This document shows, piece by piece, positions 17,579 to 26,371 of a DNA stretch of 64,000 nt. Positions within the stretch are counted from its first letter, which is position 1. Every line of letters starts with the position of its first letter. Location of the stretch: positions 639,286-703,285 of the forward strand of contig JBAZJB010000001.1 of NCBI GenBank assembly GCA_041651575.1. The letters are read 5' to 3'. The position numbers and the translations under genes were made by a program. Origin of the DNA: Candidatus Nanoarchaeia archaeon. GTDB lineage: Archaea; Nanobdellota; Nanobdellia; SCGC-AAA011-G17; JAFCDX01. The notes under the pieces are model-generated. The model was not told the DNA's origin, ran no database searches, and worked only from the letters and a program-made list of their open reading frames with translations.

Positions 17579-18577
17579 ATGGCTAAAAACAAAAACAGAA
17601 AAACTTTAAGAAAACCATTATTGAACCCCGAGTATTATAAGGAATTAGAATCTGATGAAATTTATTCAGATAATACAAGATTGGGAAAAGTTTTTGGAGC
17701 AAAAAATAAGTTAAATAATCAAAAGTTTATTAGGGCAATTTCCGAGTCAAAAAGACCTTATGGATGGAGAAAAAACTATGGGTTTGATTTATTTGATTCA
17801 TTACATTTAGACAAGCTTATAAATTCCTTGAAAAAAATTGCAAGAAAATTTGGATGGAAATTTAAAGATGTTGAAGAAGACTTTTCAAAGCTAAAAGAGG
17901 GTATAAGGCAACAACAAGAAATAATCTCAAATTTAAGTAAAGCAAATAAGGATGCAAAAGTTAATTATGAAATATTACTTAAAAAATATAAGGAACAGGA
18001 AGAAAAGGAGATTATAAGCAGGGCTAGCGAATTTAATACAGCAATAGAAAATTTAAGAAGCAAAATCCTGGAAGTAGAAAGTAGGCGTATAGCAGAAAGC
18101 GAACTACAAGAATTTTTATATAAAAACAGTTGGATGTTGGGAACAGAATATATTAGCTCAGAGCCTCAAAAGATGAGGGGTGCAAGGAGTAGATTTGATT
18201 TTTATCTGGAAAGATTTAACAAAACTAATGATGTTGTTGAAATTAAATTATTATCTGACAAGATAATAAATCAAGATGAGAGCATAAGTGCAAAAGTAAT
18301 TCAAGCAGTAGATCAATTAATTGACTATTTAGAAAAAACAATTAGCGTTGCACATAGTACAACGGAATCTGAAGAAGAAGGAATAAAAGAATTAAGACCG
18401 AGAGGAATTTTGATAATAGGAAAGGACAATTCTTTAGAAGCGAAAAAAAAGTTAAATAAATGGAATTATCAATTTGTCCATATTCATATTTATACTTACC
18501 AAGATATTTTAGAAAAAGCAGAAGCATTAATGAAACATATTGAAAAGAGAAAACATAAAAATGAAACAACAAACTAA
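17579..18577 (+). CDS. Shedu-like (DUF4263) PD-(D/E)xK nuclease-domain protein with coiled-coil N-terminal half
   Basis: C-terminal half reads ESELQEFLYKNSWMLGTEY...SRFDFYL...DVVEIKLL...AVDQLIDYLEK...PRGILIIGK...IHIYTYQDILEKAE. This follows the DUF4263/SduA nuclease pattern (D...ExK, Q..Y, viG, tYd.ll). ATG at 17579. Confidence 0.65.
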   Translation: MAKNKNRKTLRKPLLNPEYYKELESDEIYSDNTRLGKVFGAKNKLNNQKFIRAISESKRPYGWRKNYGFDLFDSLHLDKLINSLKKIARKFGWKFKDVEEDFSKLKEGIRQQQEIISNLSKANKDAKVNYEILLKKYKEQEEKEIISRASEFNTAIENLRSKILEVESRRIAESELQEFLYKNSWMLGTEYISSEPQKMRGARSRFDFYLERFNKTNDVVEIKLLSDKIINQDESISAKVIQAVDQLIDYLEKTISVAHSTTESEEEGIKELRPRGILIIGKDNSLEAKKKLNKWNYQFVHIHIYTYQDILEKAEALMKHIEKRKHKNETTN

Positions 18578-19757
18578 AATCCCTGAAAATTGGAAATTGA
18601 AAGAAATAAAAGAAATCTTTAGTGTTGAGACCGGAACAACGCCCCCAACCAAAGAAAAGATTTACTGGGAAAATGCTACAATAAACTGGGCAACTCCTGC
18701 TGATCTTGGAAAACTAAATGGAAATATACATTTTCAAGAGAGTGAAAGGAAGATTTCTAAAACTGCATTGAATGACATAAATTTAACATTGATGCCCAAG
18801 AATACTATTATTGTTTCGACAAGAGCCCCAGTGGGATATGCAGTTGTCATAAAAAAAGAGAGTACATTTAACCAGGGATGCAAGGGTCTCATTCCTAAAA
18901 AAGAAAATGATGCTGATCCATATTTCTATTGTTATTATTTAATAAATAAAAAGTATGAATTACAAAATCGAGCTGGGCAAAGCACATTTAAGGAGCTGTC
19001 TAAAGATATGTTTGAAAGTTTTGAGGTATTACATCCTCCATTTGAAGAACAAAAAGCAATTTCTAAGATTTTTTCAGAAGTTGATTTAGAATTAGATAGT
19101 ATAGAGAGAGAGAGACAAGCAACAGAGCGACTCAAGAGGGGTATTATGGTAAGGTTGCTCGAAGGGAAAAAATGGAAGGTTGTTAAATTGGGAGAGATAG
19201 TAGAATTTGCGAAGGGCAAAAAACCCCAACTAATGATTGATGAACAAAAAGAAGATTATCTGCCTTATTTGTCTACGGACTATTTAAGAGAAAACTTAGG
19301 AACTAAATATGTTTCCCCTTCAGAAGATGTGGTCTTAGTTAAAAATGGAGAAATAATACTATTGTGGGACGGCTCAAATGCCGGAGAATTTTTTGAAGGA
19401 AAAGAAGGAGTTTTATCAACCACAATGGTTAAATTTGATCTTAAAACGGACATTCATCAAAAATATCTTTTATATCTGTTAAAGTCTAAACAATTTTATC
19501 TACAAGGACAAACAAATGGAACAGGGATACCTCATGTTGATAGAAAAGTTTTGATGAATTTAGATATTTCTTTGCCTCTAATTGAAGAACAAAAACATAT
19601 CGCTGAAATATTAAACACCCTAGATCAAAAACTTGAGCTTGAACTAAAAAGAAAAGATAAACTTGAAAGAATCAAGAAAGGTTTAATGAATGATCTCCTA
19701 GCTGGAAATAAAAGAGTCAATATTGAAAAGGTCTTGAAAATTGGGGGCGGAAAATGA
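18561..19757 (+). CDS. hsdS: type I R-M specificity subunit HsdS (two target-recognition domains)
   Basis: IPENWKLKEIKEIFSVETGTTPP and WKVVKLGEIVEFAKGKKP start two TRDs. Conserved helical spacers are EEQKAISKIFSEVD and EEQKHIAEILNTLD. Confidence 0.85.
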   Translation: MKQQTKIPENWKLKEIKEIFSVETGTTPPTKEKIYWENATINWATPADLGKLNGNIHFQESERKISKTALNDINLTLMPKNTIIVSTRAPVGYAVVIKKESTFNQGCKGLIPKKENDADPYFYCYYLINKKYELQNRAGQSTFKELSKDMFESFEVLHPPFEEQKAISKIFSEVDLELDSIERERQATERLKRGIMVRLLEGKKWKVVKLGEIVEFAKGKKPQLMIDEQKEDYLPYLSTDYLRENLGTKYVSPSEDVVLVKNGEIILLWDGSNAGEFFEGKEGVLSTTMVKFDLKTDIHQKYLLYLLKSKQFYLQGQTNGTGIPHVDRKVLMNLDISLPLIEEQKHIAEILNTLDQKLELELKRKDKLERIKKGLMNDLLAGNKRVNIEKVLKIGGGK

Positions 19758-20494
19758 CTTTTGATGATGAAACAAAACAGAGAATCTTTCAACAGGCTAT
19801 TGATATTTTTGTAATCCCTGAAATAGAAAGGAGAAAAAAGATAAATAAATTACCTTCAGATTTTAAATTAGATAAAATCCAAATTATATTTTCTTCCAAG
19901 AGTGGAAGAAATTATGTAAGACTAAATAAGGAAGTTGATGTAATTATTAAATGCAAGGTAAATAAGCCTATCAAAAAAGGGGATATAGTTTATGAGAACG
20001 ATATAGATCAAATTGAGTCAGTTGAACTAACAAAAGGAGATTTAAATTATGGGCATATTACTTTATTAGCTTTTAAGGGGAATTGGATAGTTTCATTTAA
20101 TTTTATTTATAATAAAGAAGAAATTAAGAAGCATATTGAAGCATCTAAAGAGTTCTATGAAAGTGCAAAAGATAATTTAGAAAAGAAAAGATTAAGACCT
20201 TTTTTTGAGAATGCTTTTGCTTGTGCTGAATTATTTACTAAAAGTGTATTATTATCTTTGCCAAATAAAAAGTTCTTTGAAGGAAAAGACCATCGAAAAA
20301 AAAAGGAGTTTCTTAAAAATTGGGCAAATTTAGGAAATGTTAAAATTGAGTTTAGCACGACCTTGTCTAAACTATACTCTCTGAGAAGTTCAGCGAGGTA
20401 TCTTTCTTCTGATAACTACAAAAAAGAAAATGCTAAAGGAATACTTTCAATATTAGATGAGATGATTAAATCTTCGGAGGACCTAACAAAATGA
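19754..20494 (+). CDS. protein with C-terminal classical HEPN-like domain, embedded between hsdS and hsdR
   Basis: AFACAELFTKSVLL...GKDHRKKKEFL...LSKLYSLRSSARYLSSD follows the HEPN helical pattern (KavLl..H..l...L..lR..a.Y). The N-terminal ~120 aa are unassigned. ATGA overlaps on both sides. Confidence 0.45.
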   Translation: MTFDDETKQRIFQQAIDIFVIPEIERRKKINKLPSDFKLDKIQIIFSSKSGRNYVRLNKEVDVIIKCKVNKPIKKGDIVYENDIDQIESVELTKGDLNYGHITLLAFKGNWIVSFNFIYNKEEIKKHIEASKEFYESAKDNLEKKRLRPFFENAFACAELFTKSVLLSLPNKKFFEGKDHRKKKEFLKNWANLGNVKIEFSTTLSKLYSLRSSARYLSSDNYKKENAKGILSILDEMIKSSEDLTK

Positions 20495-23400
20495 CACAAC
20501 AAAATGAAAAGAAACTGGTAGAGAATTATATGATTGATAAGTTTGTTAATCAGAATAAATGGACTTACATTCCTGGAGGCAAACTTGAAAGAGAAAGCAA
20601 TGAAGAGCCTCTTTTAATTAAGAATCTTGTTTCTGCTATAAAGAAGATAAATGATACTAATTTATCTGAAGAAGATATTCAAGAAGTTTTGAAACAACTT
20701 AGATTAAGAGGCGTTGGGGTTGATGATTCTAAAAAGATTTTAGGATTCTTTAAGTTTGGAGTTTCAGTAAAACTCTCTAAGACTAAAGAGCTTGTTAGAG
20801 TCAAGTTATTTGATTATGATCATGTTGATAACAACGAGTTTATTGTAACTAATCAAATTCATTATGAATCTTCAGCTGGGGAAATTATTCCAGACATTGT
20901 TTTGTATGTTAATGGTATACCTTTAGTTATAATCGAATGTAAAGATATGACTTCTTCGTCTACAAGTTGGAAAGATGCTTATAATGATATTGTTGGAATT
21001 TATAGAAATAAGGTTAGAGAACCCTTCAAGTATTTTCAAATTGGAGTTGCAGCAGAACAAAAAGTAAAATATTTTCCAATAGTTTCGTGGGCTGAGGATA
21101 TTAAAGTTTGTGAGTGGAGAGATGAAAATAGAATAGAATTAGGAACAGATAGTTCTATGACTGGAATATTTGAGATGCTAACTAAAGAAGGCTTATTAAA
21201 TCTTATTAGAGATTTCATTTTTGTAAGAGAAGAGGGGGGAGAGAAAACAAAAGTAATTACAAGATATATGCAATATAGGGCAGTTAATAAAATCGTGGAT
21301 AGGGTTAAAACCAACATAGAAGGAAAAGAAAAAAAGAACAAAGGTTTAGTTTGGCATTGGCAAGGATCAGGAAAAACATTGACAATGGCTTTTGCAGCGC
21401 ACAAATTGTATTATCTTAAAGAATTAGAAAATCCAACCCTCTTTTTTATTTTAGATAGAACCGAACTTGAAGAACAGATGTATAATGAATTAAATGCTTT
21501 AGAGATGCCAAAAGTAGAGTCTATAGGATCAATTCAAGAATTAAAAAGAATATTAGAATATGATGAAGGAAAAGGTAAAAGAGGATTATTTACAATACTT
21601 ATCCATAAGTTTAGACCTGGAGACTTTGAAGATTTAAGAAAAGAATTAGAAAATAAGGATGTAGATAAACAAACCTTTTTGACAAGAAAAAATGTTATCG
21701 CTTTTATTGATGAAAGTCATAGATCTCAATATGGTCTACTTGCTTCTCAGATGAAAGCACTTTTAAAAAATGCTTTCTTTTTTGCATTTACTGGAACACC
21801 AATAAACAAAAAAGATAATAAAAATACATATCTTGAATTTGCTTATCCCCCCACCGAATTATATCTTGATAAATATTTTATTAAAGATGCCATTAGTGAT
21901 GGATTTACTTTAAAAATAGCTTATCAACCAAGACTTGAAAAAGAAGTTCATCTAAAAACAGACCAACTTACAATTTTGTTAGAAGCTGAAGATGTAGAAC
22001 TACCAGATGAAAAAAGAAAAGAATTTCAAGAAAGAGTAAAGAAAAATATTACAATACAAAAAGCTTATTATAAAAATAGGGAAAGAATAAAGAGGATTAG
22101 CGAAGATATAACAAAACACTTCAAAGAAAATCTCGATGGAAGATTTAAAGCGATGATAGTTGCAGTTGATAGAGAAGCTTGCGTTCATTATAAAGAAGAA
22201 TTAGACAAATTATTGCCGGGATATTCAGAAATTGTAATGACTTTTACCTCTGATGAGAGATCTAAAGATATTCAAGAATATCTGAATAAACTTCATGAAA
22301 GATTCCCAAATAAAGAACTTTCTGAAATAATGAAAGAAATTACTGGAAAATTCAAAGAAGAAGAGAATCCAAAAATACTAATTGTTACAGATATGTTACT
22401 TACTGGTTTTGATGCTCCTATTTTGCAAACAATGTATTTAGATAAACCCCTAAGAGAACATAGGTTATTACAAGCAATAGCAAGAACTAATCGTCCATTT
22501 AAAAATGTTAAAGAAGCAGGTTTAATTGTAGATTATTTAGGAATATTAAAAGAATTTAAGAAAGCTTTTGAAATTTATACAAAAGAGGATATCAAAGGAG
22601 CTCTTTATGATCTGAATGAAATTAAGAAAGAGTTTGAAGATTTACTTAAAGAAACTTTAGATTTATTTAAAGATTATCCTGAAAGAAAATTGGATAGCAG
22701 GGTATATTTATTGGAAATAGTGAGAAGTTTATTAGCTGATTCTCTTAAATTAAGGAAATTTATAGATAATATTAAAGAGTTAAGAAAAAAGTTTGAACTT
22801 CTTGGATCAGATGAATCCAAAGTAATTTATTATAAAGAATTGATTTGGCTTGAGGCAATATATGAAACCTATAAAAAAGAAGTATATCAAGAGACAGAAG
22901 ATGAAACTGATACTTATTTAAGAAAATATTTTGCTAAAACAATTAGATTTATTCACAAAAGCACAGAAATTGAGAATCTTAAAGAAAACTTACCTGTTAT
23001 AGATTTTGATGAGAATTATATTAAAAAATTAGAAGAAAAATATAAAACTAAAGAAGAAAGAGCCGCAAACATTGTATTTACATTAAATAGGTATATACTT
23101 GTGGATAGAGATGACAAAAAACTTTATGAAACTTTAATTGATAAAGTACAAAGATTATTTGATTCTTGGAGAACTAAAACAAAAGATTTTGAAACAATTT
23201 ATAAGGAAGGAATAAAAATCATTCAAGAAAGAAATAAACTTCTTCAAAGGAAGAAAGATCTTAAATTAAGTAATTTTGAATTTTCATCATTAATCCTTTT
23301 AGAAAAAAAGATAGGGGAAGAAAAAGTTCTTATAGAAGATATTAAAGAATTAGCAAAAGAGCTTTTCAGTGAGAAATATATATTCACAAATTGGACATCT

Positions 23401-23547
23401 CAAATTTTTACTAAAAAAGAAATTCAAAAAGTAATAAGGAAGTTATTACTAGGTTATATTAAAAAATATAATCTATCTATAGAAGATGTTAATGAGCTAA
23501 GCTTAAAAATATTTGAAAACTTGAAACAATATGAAAAAAGAGGTTAA
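20491..23547 (+). CDS. hsdR: type I restriction enzyme subunit HsdR
   Basis: N-terminal nuclease IPDIVLYVNGIPLVIIECK. Helicase motif I WHWQGSGKTLTMAF, motif II FIDESHRSQ, and QAIARTNRP. 1018 aa. Confidence 0.92.
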   Translation: MTQQNEKKLVENYMIDKFVNQNKWTYIPGGKLERESNEEPLLIKNLVSAIKKINDTNLSEEDIQEVLKQLRLRGVGVDDSKKILGFFKFGVSVKLSKTKELVRVKLFDYDHVDNNEFIVTNQIHYESSAGEIIPDIVLYVNGIPLVIIECKDMTSSSTSWKDAYNDIVGIYRNKVREPFKYFQIGVAAEQKVKYFPIVSWAEDIKVCEWRDENRIELGTDSSMTGIFEMLTKEGLLNLIRDFIFVREEGGEKTKVITRYMQYRAVNKIVDRVKTNIEGKEKKNKGLVWHWQGSGKTLTMAFAAHKLYYLKELENPTLFFILDRTELEEQMYNELNALEMPKVESIGSIQELKRILEYDEGKGKRGLFTILIHKFRPGDFEDLRKELENKDVDKQTFLTRKNVIAFIDESHRSQYGLLASQMKALLKNAFFFAFTGTPINKKDNKNTYLEFAYPPTELYLDKYFIKDAISDGFTLKIAYQPRLEKEVHLKTDQLTILLEAEDVELPDEKRKEFQERVKKNITIQKAYYKNRERIKRISEDITKHFKENLDGRFKAMIVAVDREACVHYKEELDKLLPGYSEIVMTFTSDERSKDIQEYLNKLHERFPNKELSEIMKEITGKFKEEENPKILIVTDMLLTGFDAPILQTMYLDKPLREHRLLQAIARTNRPFKNVKEAGLIVDYLGILKEFKKAFEIYTKEDIKGALYDLNEIKKEFEDLLKETLDLFKDYPERKLDSRVYLLEIVRSLLADSLKLRKFIDNIKELRKKFELLGSDESKVIYYKELIWLEAIYETYKKEVYQETEDETDTYLRKYFAKTIRFIHKSTEIENLKENLPVIDFDENYIKKLEEKYKTKEERAANIVFTLNRYILVDRDDKKLYETLIDKVQRLFDSWRTKTKDFETIYKEGIKIIQERNKLLQRKKDLKLSNFEFSSLILLEKKIGEEKVLIEDIKELAKELFSEKYIFTNWTSQIFTKKEIQKVIRKLLLGYIKKYNLSIEDVNELSLKIFENLKQYEKRG

Positions 23548-24106
23548 AATATTTAATTCAAGCATACAATATTGTATAGATTATCGTAGTGTGAAATATC
23601 CTAGATTAGAATTTAGAACAGGAATGTTAAATATCATACTTCCCTATGATTATGAAAATGAGCATAATCTATTAAATATACATAAAAATTGGATAATAAA
23701 AAAACAGAGAGCTATTAATTTTGCATTAAATAAATCAAAGGACAAACAATTAATAAATAGAAATTTAAATAACTTAAAAAAGATTGTTTTAGATTATTAT
23801 AACAAAAATTCCAATAATTTTAAAGCTAAAAAAATACAATTTAGACATATGAAATCAAAATGGGGGAGTTGTAGTTCAGATAAAGTTTTGACCTTTAATT
23901 CACTTTTAAGATTTTTACCTCTAAATCTTATTCAATATGTTGTTTATCATGAAATGTTACATCTCAAAGAAAAAAAACACAATAAAACCTTTTGGAATAT
24001 CATTTCTAAAAAGTTTACGAATTATCCATTAAAAGAAAAAGATTTATTTATATATTGGTTTTTAATACAAAAAAATTATAATTTAAATTTTTCTTTAAAA
24101 CTATAA
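23531..24106 (+). CDS. DUF45/YgjP-type zinc metallopeptidase-fold protein
   Basis: VVYHEMLHLKEKKHNKTFW (HExxH...H) and the N-terminal Y.l.rs.r pattern (CIDYRSVKYPRLEF). 17-nt overlap with the hsdR end. Confidence 0.72.
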   Translation: MKKEVKIFNSSIQYCIDYRSVKYPRLEFRTGMLNIILPYDYENEHNLLNIHKNWIIKKQRAINFALNKSKDKQLINRNLNNLKKIVLDYYNKNSNNFKAKKIQFRHMKSKWGSCSSDKVLTFNSLLRFLPLNLIQYVVYHEMLHLKEKKHNKTFWNIISKKFTNYPLKEKDLFIYWFLIQKNYNLNFSLKL

Positions 24107-24750
24107 TAATTATCCTTTCCCAAAATAATATGATCTAATAAAGGTATATTTAAAATTTCTCCTACTTCTTTTATTTTAACTGTAGTAAATATGTCTCCTT
24201 CACTAGGATTACAATCTCCAGAAGGATGATTATGGACTAAAATAATAGATTTAGCACTTTCTCTAATAGCTTCCTTAAAAATTTCTCTTGGATGTGCTAA
24301 AGAACTATCCAAAGTACCAATACTAACAACAGTTCTTTTAATAATCTTATTTTTAACATCTAAATACAAACAAATAAAATATTCTTTTTTCTCATTTCCA
24401 TATTCATCAACTAATAAATCATAAACATCCTTAGCACAACTAATACTATTTTTAAAACCTTCACGTTTTAATTTATTATATCTTTTAAAAAGTTCAATTA
24501 AGCTTAAAACCTTTAAAACTTTAACTTTATCACCTTTAAACTCTCTTAAAAGTTCATTAAAACCAAGATCTTCAAGTTTATTCAAGTTATATTTCTTTAA
24601 TAGTCTATTACTCATCTCTAAAGCACTTTCTCTATAACTTCCTTCCCAAAAGAGAATAGATAATAACTCTGCTTCATCTAAATTTTTAGCTCCTTTTCTA
24701 ATTAATTTAGAATCGGGTCTATTAAACGAAGGAAGATCAAAGATTCTCAT
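24076..24750 (-). CDS. radC: RadC-like JAB/MPN domain protein
   Basis: ILVHNHPSGDCNPSEGD (JAMM-like HxHPSG) and an N-terminal HhH-like region AELLSILF. Converges on the DUF45 gene with a 31-nt overlap. Confidence 0.85.
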   Translation of the reverse strand: MRIFDLPSFNRPDSKLIRKGAKNLDEAELLSILFWEGSYRESALEMSNRLLKKYNLNKLEDLGFNELLREFKGDKVKVLKVLSLIELFKRYNKLKREGFKNSISCAKDVYDLLVDEYGNEKKEYFICLYLDVKNKIIKRTVVSIGTLDSSLAHPREIFKEAIRESAKSIILVHNHPSGDCNPSEGDIFTTVKIKEVGEILNIPLLDHIILGKDNYYSFKEKFKL

Positions 24751-24837
24751 ATAAAAAACATAACTAAAACCTAATTATAAGCATTATTAGAAAGGAATAT
24801 ATAGAAAGTTTTATATAATAAGTAGTAATACAAGTCT

Positions 24838-24917
24838 TGTATCCCAGCTAGTGAGTTCGTCTGGTTAAAGTCCAGGGGGGCAATCTAGGTCCCGACTTGA
24901 AAAAGTCCACGGATACA
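24838..24917 (+). ncRNA. GC-rich structured-RNA candidate of unknown class
   Basis: An island much richer in G+C than the flanking AT-rich spacer. TTTTATATAA box at 24809-24818 lies about 25 nt upstream, and a T6 run at 24921-24926 follows directly. Closing stem GTATCC/GGATAC, GACTT-GAAA-AAGTC tetraloop hairpin, CTGG-TTAAAGT-CCAG hairpin. Strand is uncertain; it could instead be the 3' UTR of the minus-strand ORF 24918-25412. Confidence 0.3.
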
Positions 24918-25412
24918 TTATTTTTTAATAAGATATTTTTCTATGTCTTCTAAACTAATTTTAACATATCCTTTCACAATATTTTTTGTATCTCTTCTCA
25001 TTATATAAGCATATTTGTCTGCATTAGAACCTTCAGGTAATTTGACATAATTAATTAAAATATTTAATCCTAATTTATCTTTTAAAAATGATTTTAGGTT
25101 AGAAGTAATATCTTTTTCGTGACCTTGAAAATCTCTGCATATTTCTAATTTAATTTCTTCTTTTTTATTGAAAATATTAATTTCTTTAAAAATATAATAA
25201 ATAATTATACAATATAATCTTACTCTGAAAAATGCCTTTCCTTGTTTAGAAAGGTTATATCTGTATTTACCTTCTCCTTTTCTAGAATTTAAAATTTCTA
25301 TTAATTCTTTAGTAAATTTAAAACCTCTTATCAAATTATTTTTATCTGCTACAACAATAGAATAATTACTATTTAAAATATCCTCACCACTTACATCTAT
25401 TTCGAATATCAT
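24918..25412 (-). CDS. hypothetical protein
   Basis: 164-aa ORF with no recognisable motif. Confidence 0.45.
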   Translation of the reverse strand: MIFEIDVSGEDILNSNYSIVVADKNNLIRGFKFTKELIEILNSRKGEGKYRYNLSKQGKAFFRVRLYCIIIYYIFKEINIFNKKEEIKLEICRDFQGHEKDITSNLKSFLKDKLGLNILINYVKLPEGSNADKYAYIMRRDTKNIVKGYVKISLEDIEKYLIKK

Positions 25413-25450
25413 TAAACTGTATATAGGAATATAACTATAAAAATTTAATC

Positions 25451-25493
25451 TTTTGTGAGACTTTTCCTAAAAGTTCCAAACGCTAACAAACTC
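25451..25493. repeat. direct repeat R2, copy a
   Basis: TTTTGTGAGACTTTTCCTAAAAGTTCCAAACGCTAACAAACTC. A 32-nt perfect core is shared with 26710-26753. Confidence 0.85.
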
Positions 25494-25497
25494 CATC

Positions 25498-25680
25498 TTA
25501 ATTAAAACTATTCAAATTATACTTAAAAACCAACCTATTAGCCAATTCCAAAGCACTTTCCTGCATAGAACCTCTTCCAAAAATAATAGCTAATAATTCA
25601 GCACTATCCAAAGAACTTGCTCCATTTTTCTCTAATTTATAGCCAGGACGATTAAACCAAGGTAATTCTTTAATGTGCAT
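25498..25680 (-). pseudogene. 5' fragment of a second radC paralogue (60 codons, no JAB domain)
   Basis: MHIKELPWFNRPGYKLEKNGASSLDSAELLAIIF... aligns to the RadC N-terminus MRIFDLPSFNRPDSKLIRKGAKNLDEAELLSILF. The ORF runs into repeat R2a and stops. Confidence 0.6.
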
Positions 25681-25788
25681 AAAAAACTCAATAAAAACCT
25701 AATTATAAGCATTATTAAAAAAGAATATACATTATTGTAACATTTAAGTTCCATATATAATAAAAAGCATCCAAAAAGGGTTTAAATG

Positions 25789-25869
25789 GGTGACTACAAA
25801 ATATGCAAAATGTAGACACCTGAGGAAAAATTTGTTAAAAATGTAGACACCCATAAAGTGTACGTCTAC
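25789..25869 (+). promoter_or_regulatory. cluster of GGTGACTAC / GTAGACACC inverted and direct repeats upstream of the MNT gene
   Basis: GGTGACTAC (25789-25797), 14-nt spacer, GTAGACACC (25812-25820). Second GTAGACACC at 25843-25851. GTGTACGTCTAC at 25858-25869. TATA (GATTTATATAG) follows, about 25-30 nt before the ATG at 25907. Confidence 0.45.
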
Positions 25870-25906
25870 AGAAAGATTTATATAGTATTGTGCCCGTACA
25901 TTATCT

Positions 25907-26371
25907 ATGGTATATACAGAAATTAAAAATAGAAATGGAAATCAGTACTTTTACAGAGTATTATCTATAAGAAATAAAGATAAAATTTCTAAAAAAAGAA
26001 TATATCTAGGTAAAAATCTAAACAAAGAAGAATTATTAACAAAAGAGTTACAAATTAACCAAGAATTTAATTTAATAAAGAAAGATATTACTATAGAAAA
26101 ATTAAAACCAAAAATAATAAAAATATTAAAAAAATATAAGGTAGTAAAAGCAGGAATCTTTGGTAGTTATGCTAGGGGAGAACAAAAAAGAAATAGCGAT
26201 ATTGATATAGCTGTTAAAATACAAGATAAAAAAATGAGTTTGATTGGTTTTGTCAATTTAAAATTAAAATTAGAAGGAGTTATTAAAAAGAAAGTAGATT
26301 TAGTAGAATATTCTGCTATTAAACCTTTAATAAAAGATAATATTTTAAAAGAGGAGGTTAGAATACTATGA
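25907..26371 (+). CDS. mntA: MNT-type nucleotidyltransferase (antitoxin-like) with ~55-aa N-terminal extension
   Basis: GIFGSYARGEQKRNSDIDIAV is the minimal NTase signature. The N-terminal extension is homologous to the N-terminus of the Fic ORF. Confidence 0.8.
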   Translation: MVYTEIKNRNGNQYFYRVLSIRNKDKISKKRIYLGKNLNKEELLTKELQINQEFNLIKKDITIEKLKPKIIKILKKYKVVKAGIFGSYARGEQKRNSDIDIAVKIQDKKMSLIGFVNLKLKLEGVIKKKVDLVEYSAIKPLIKDNILKEEVRIL

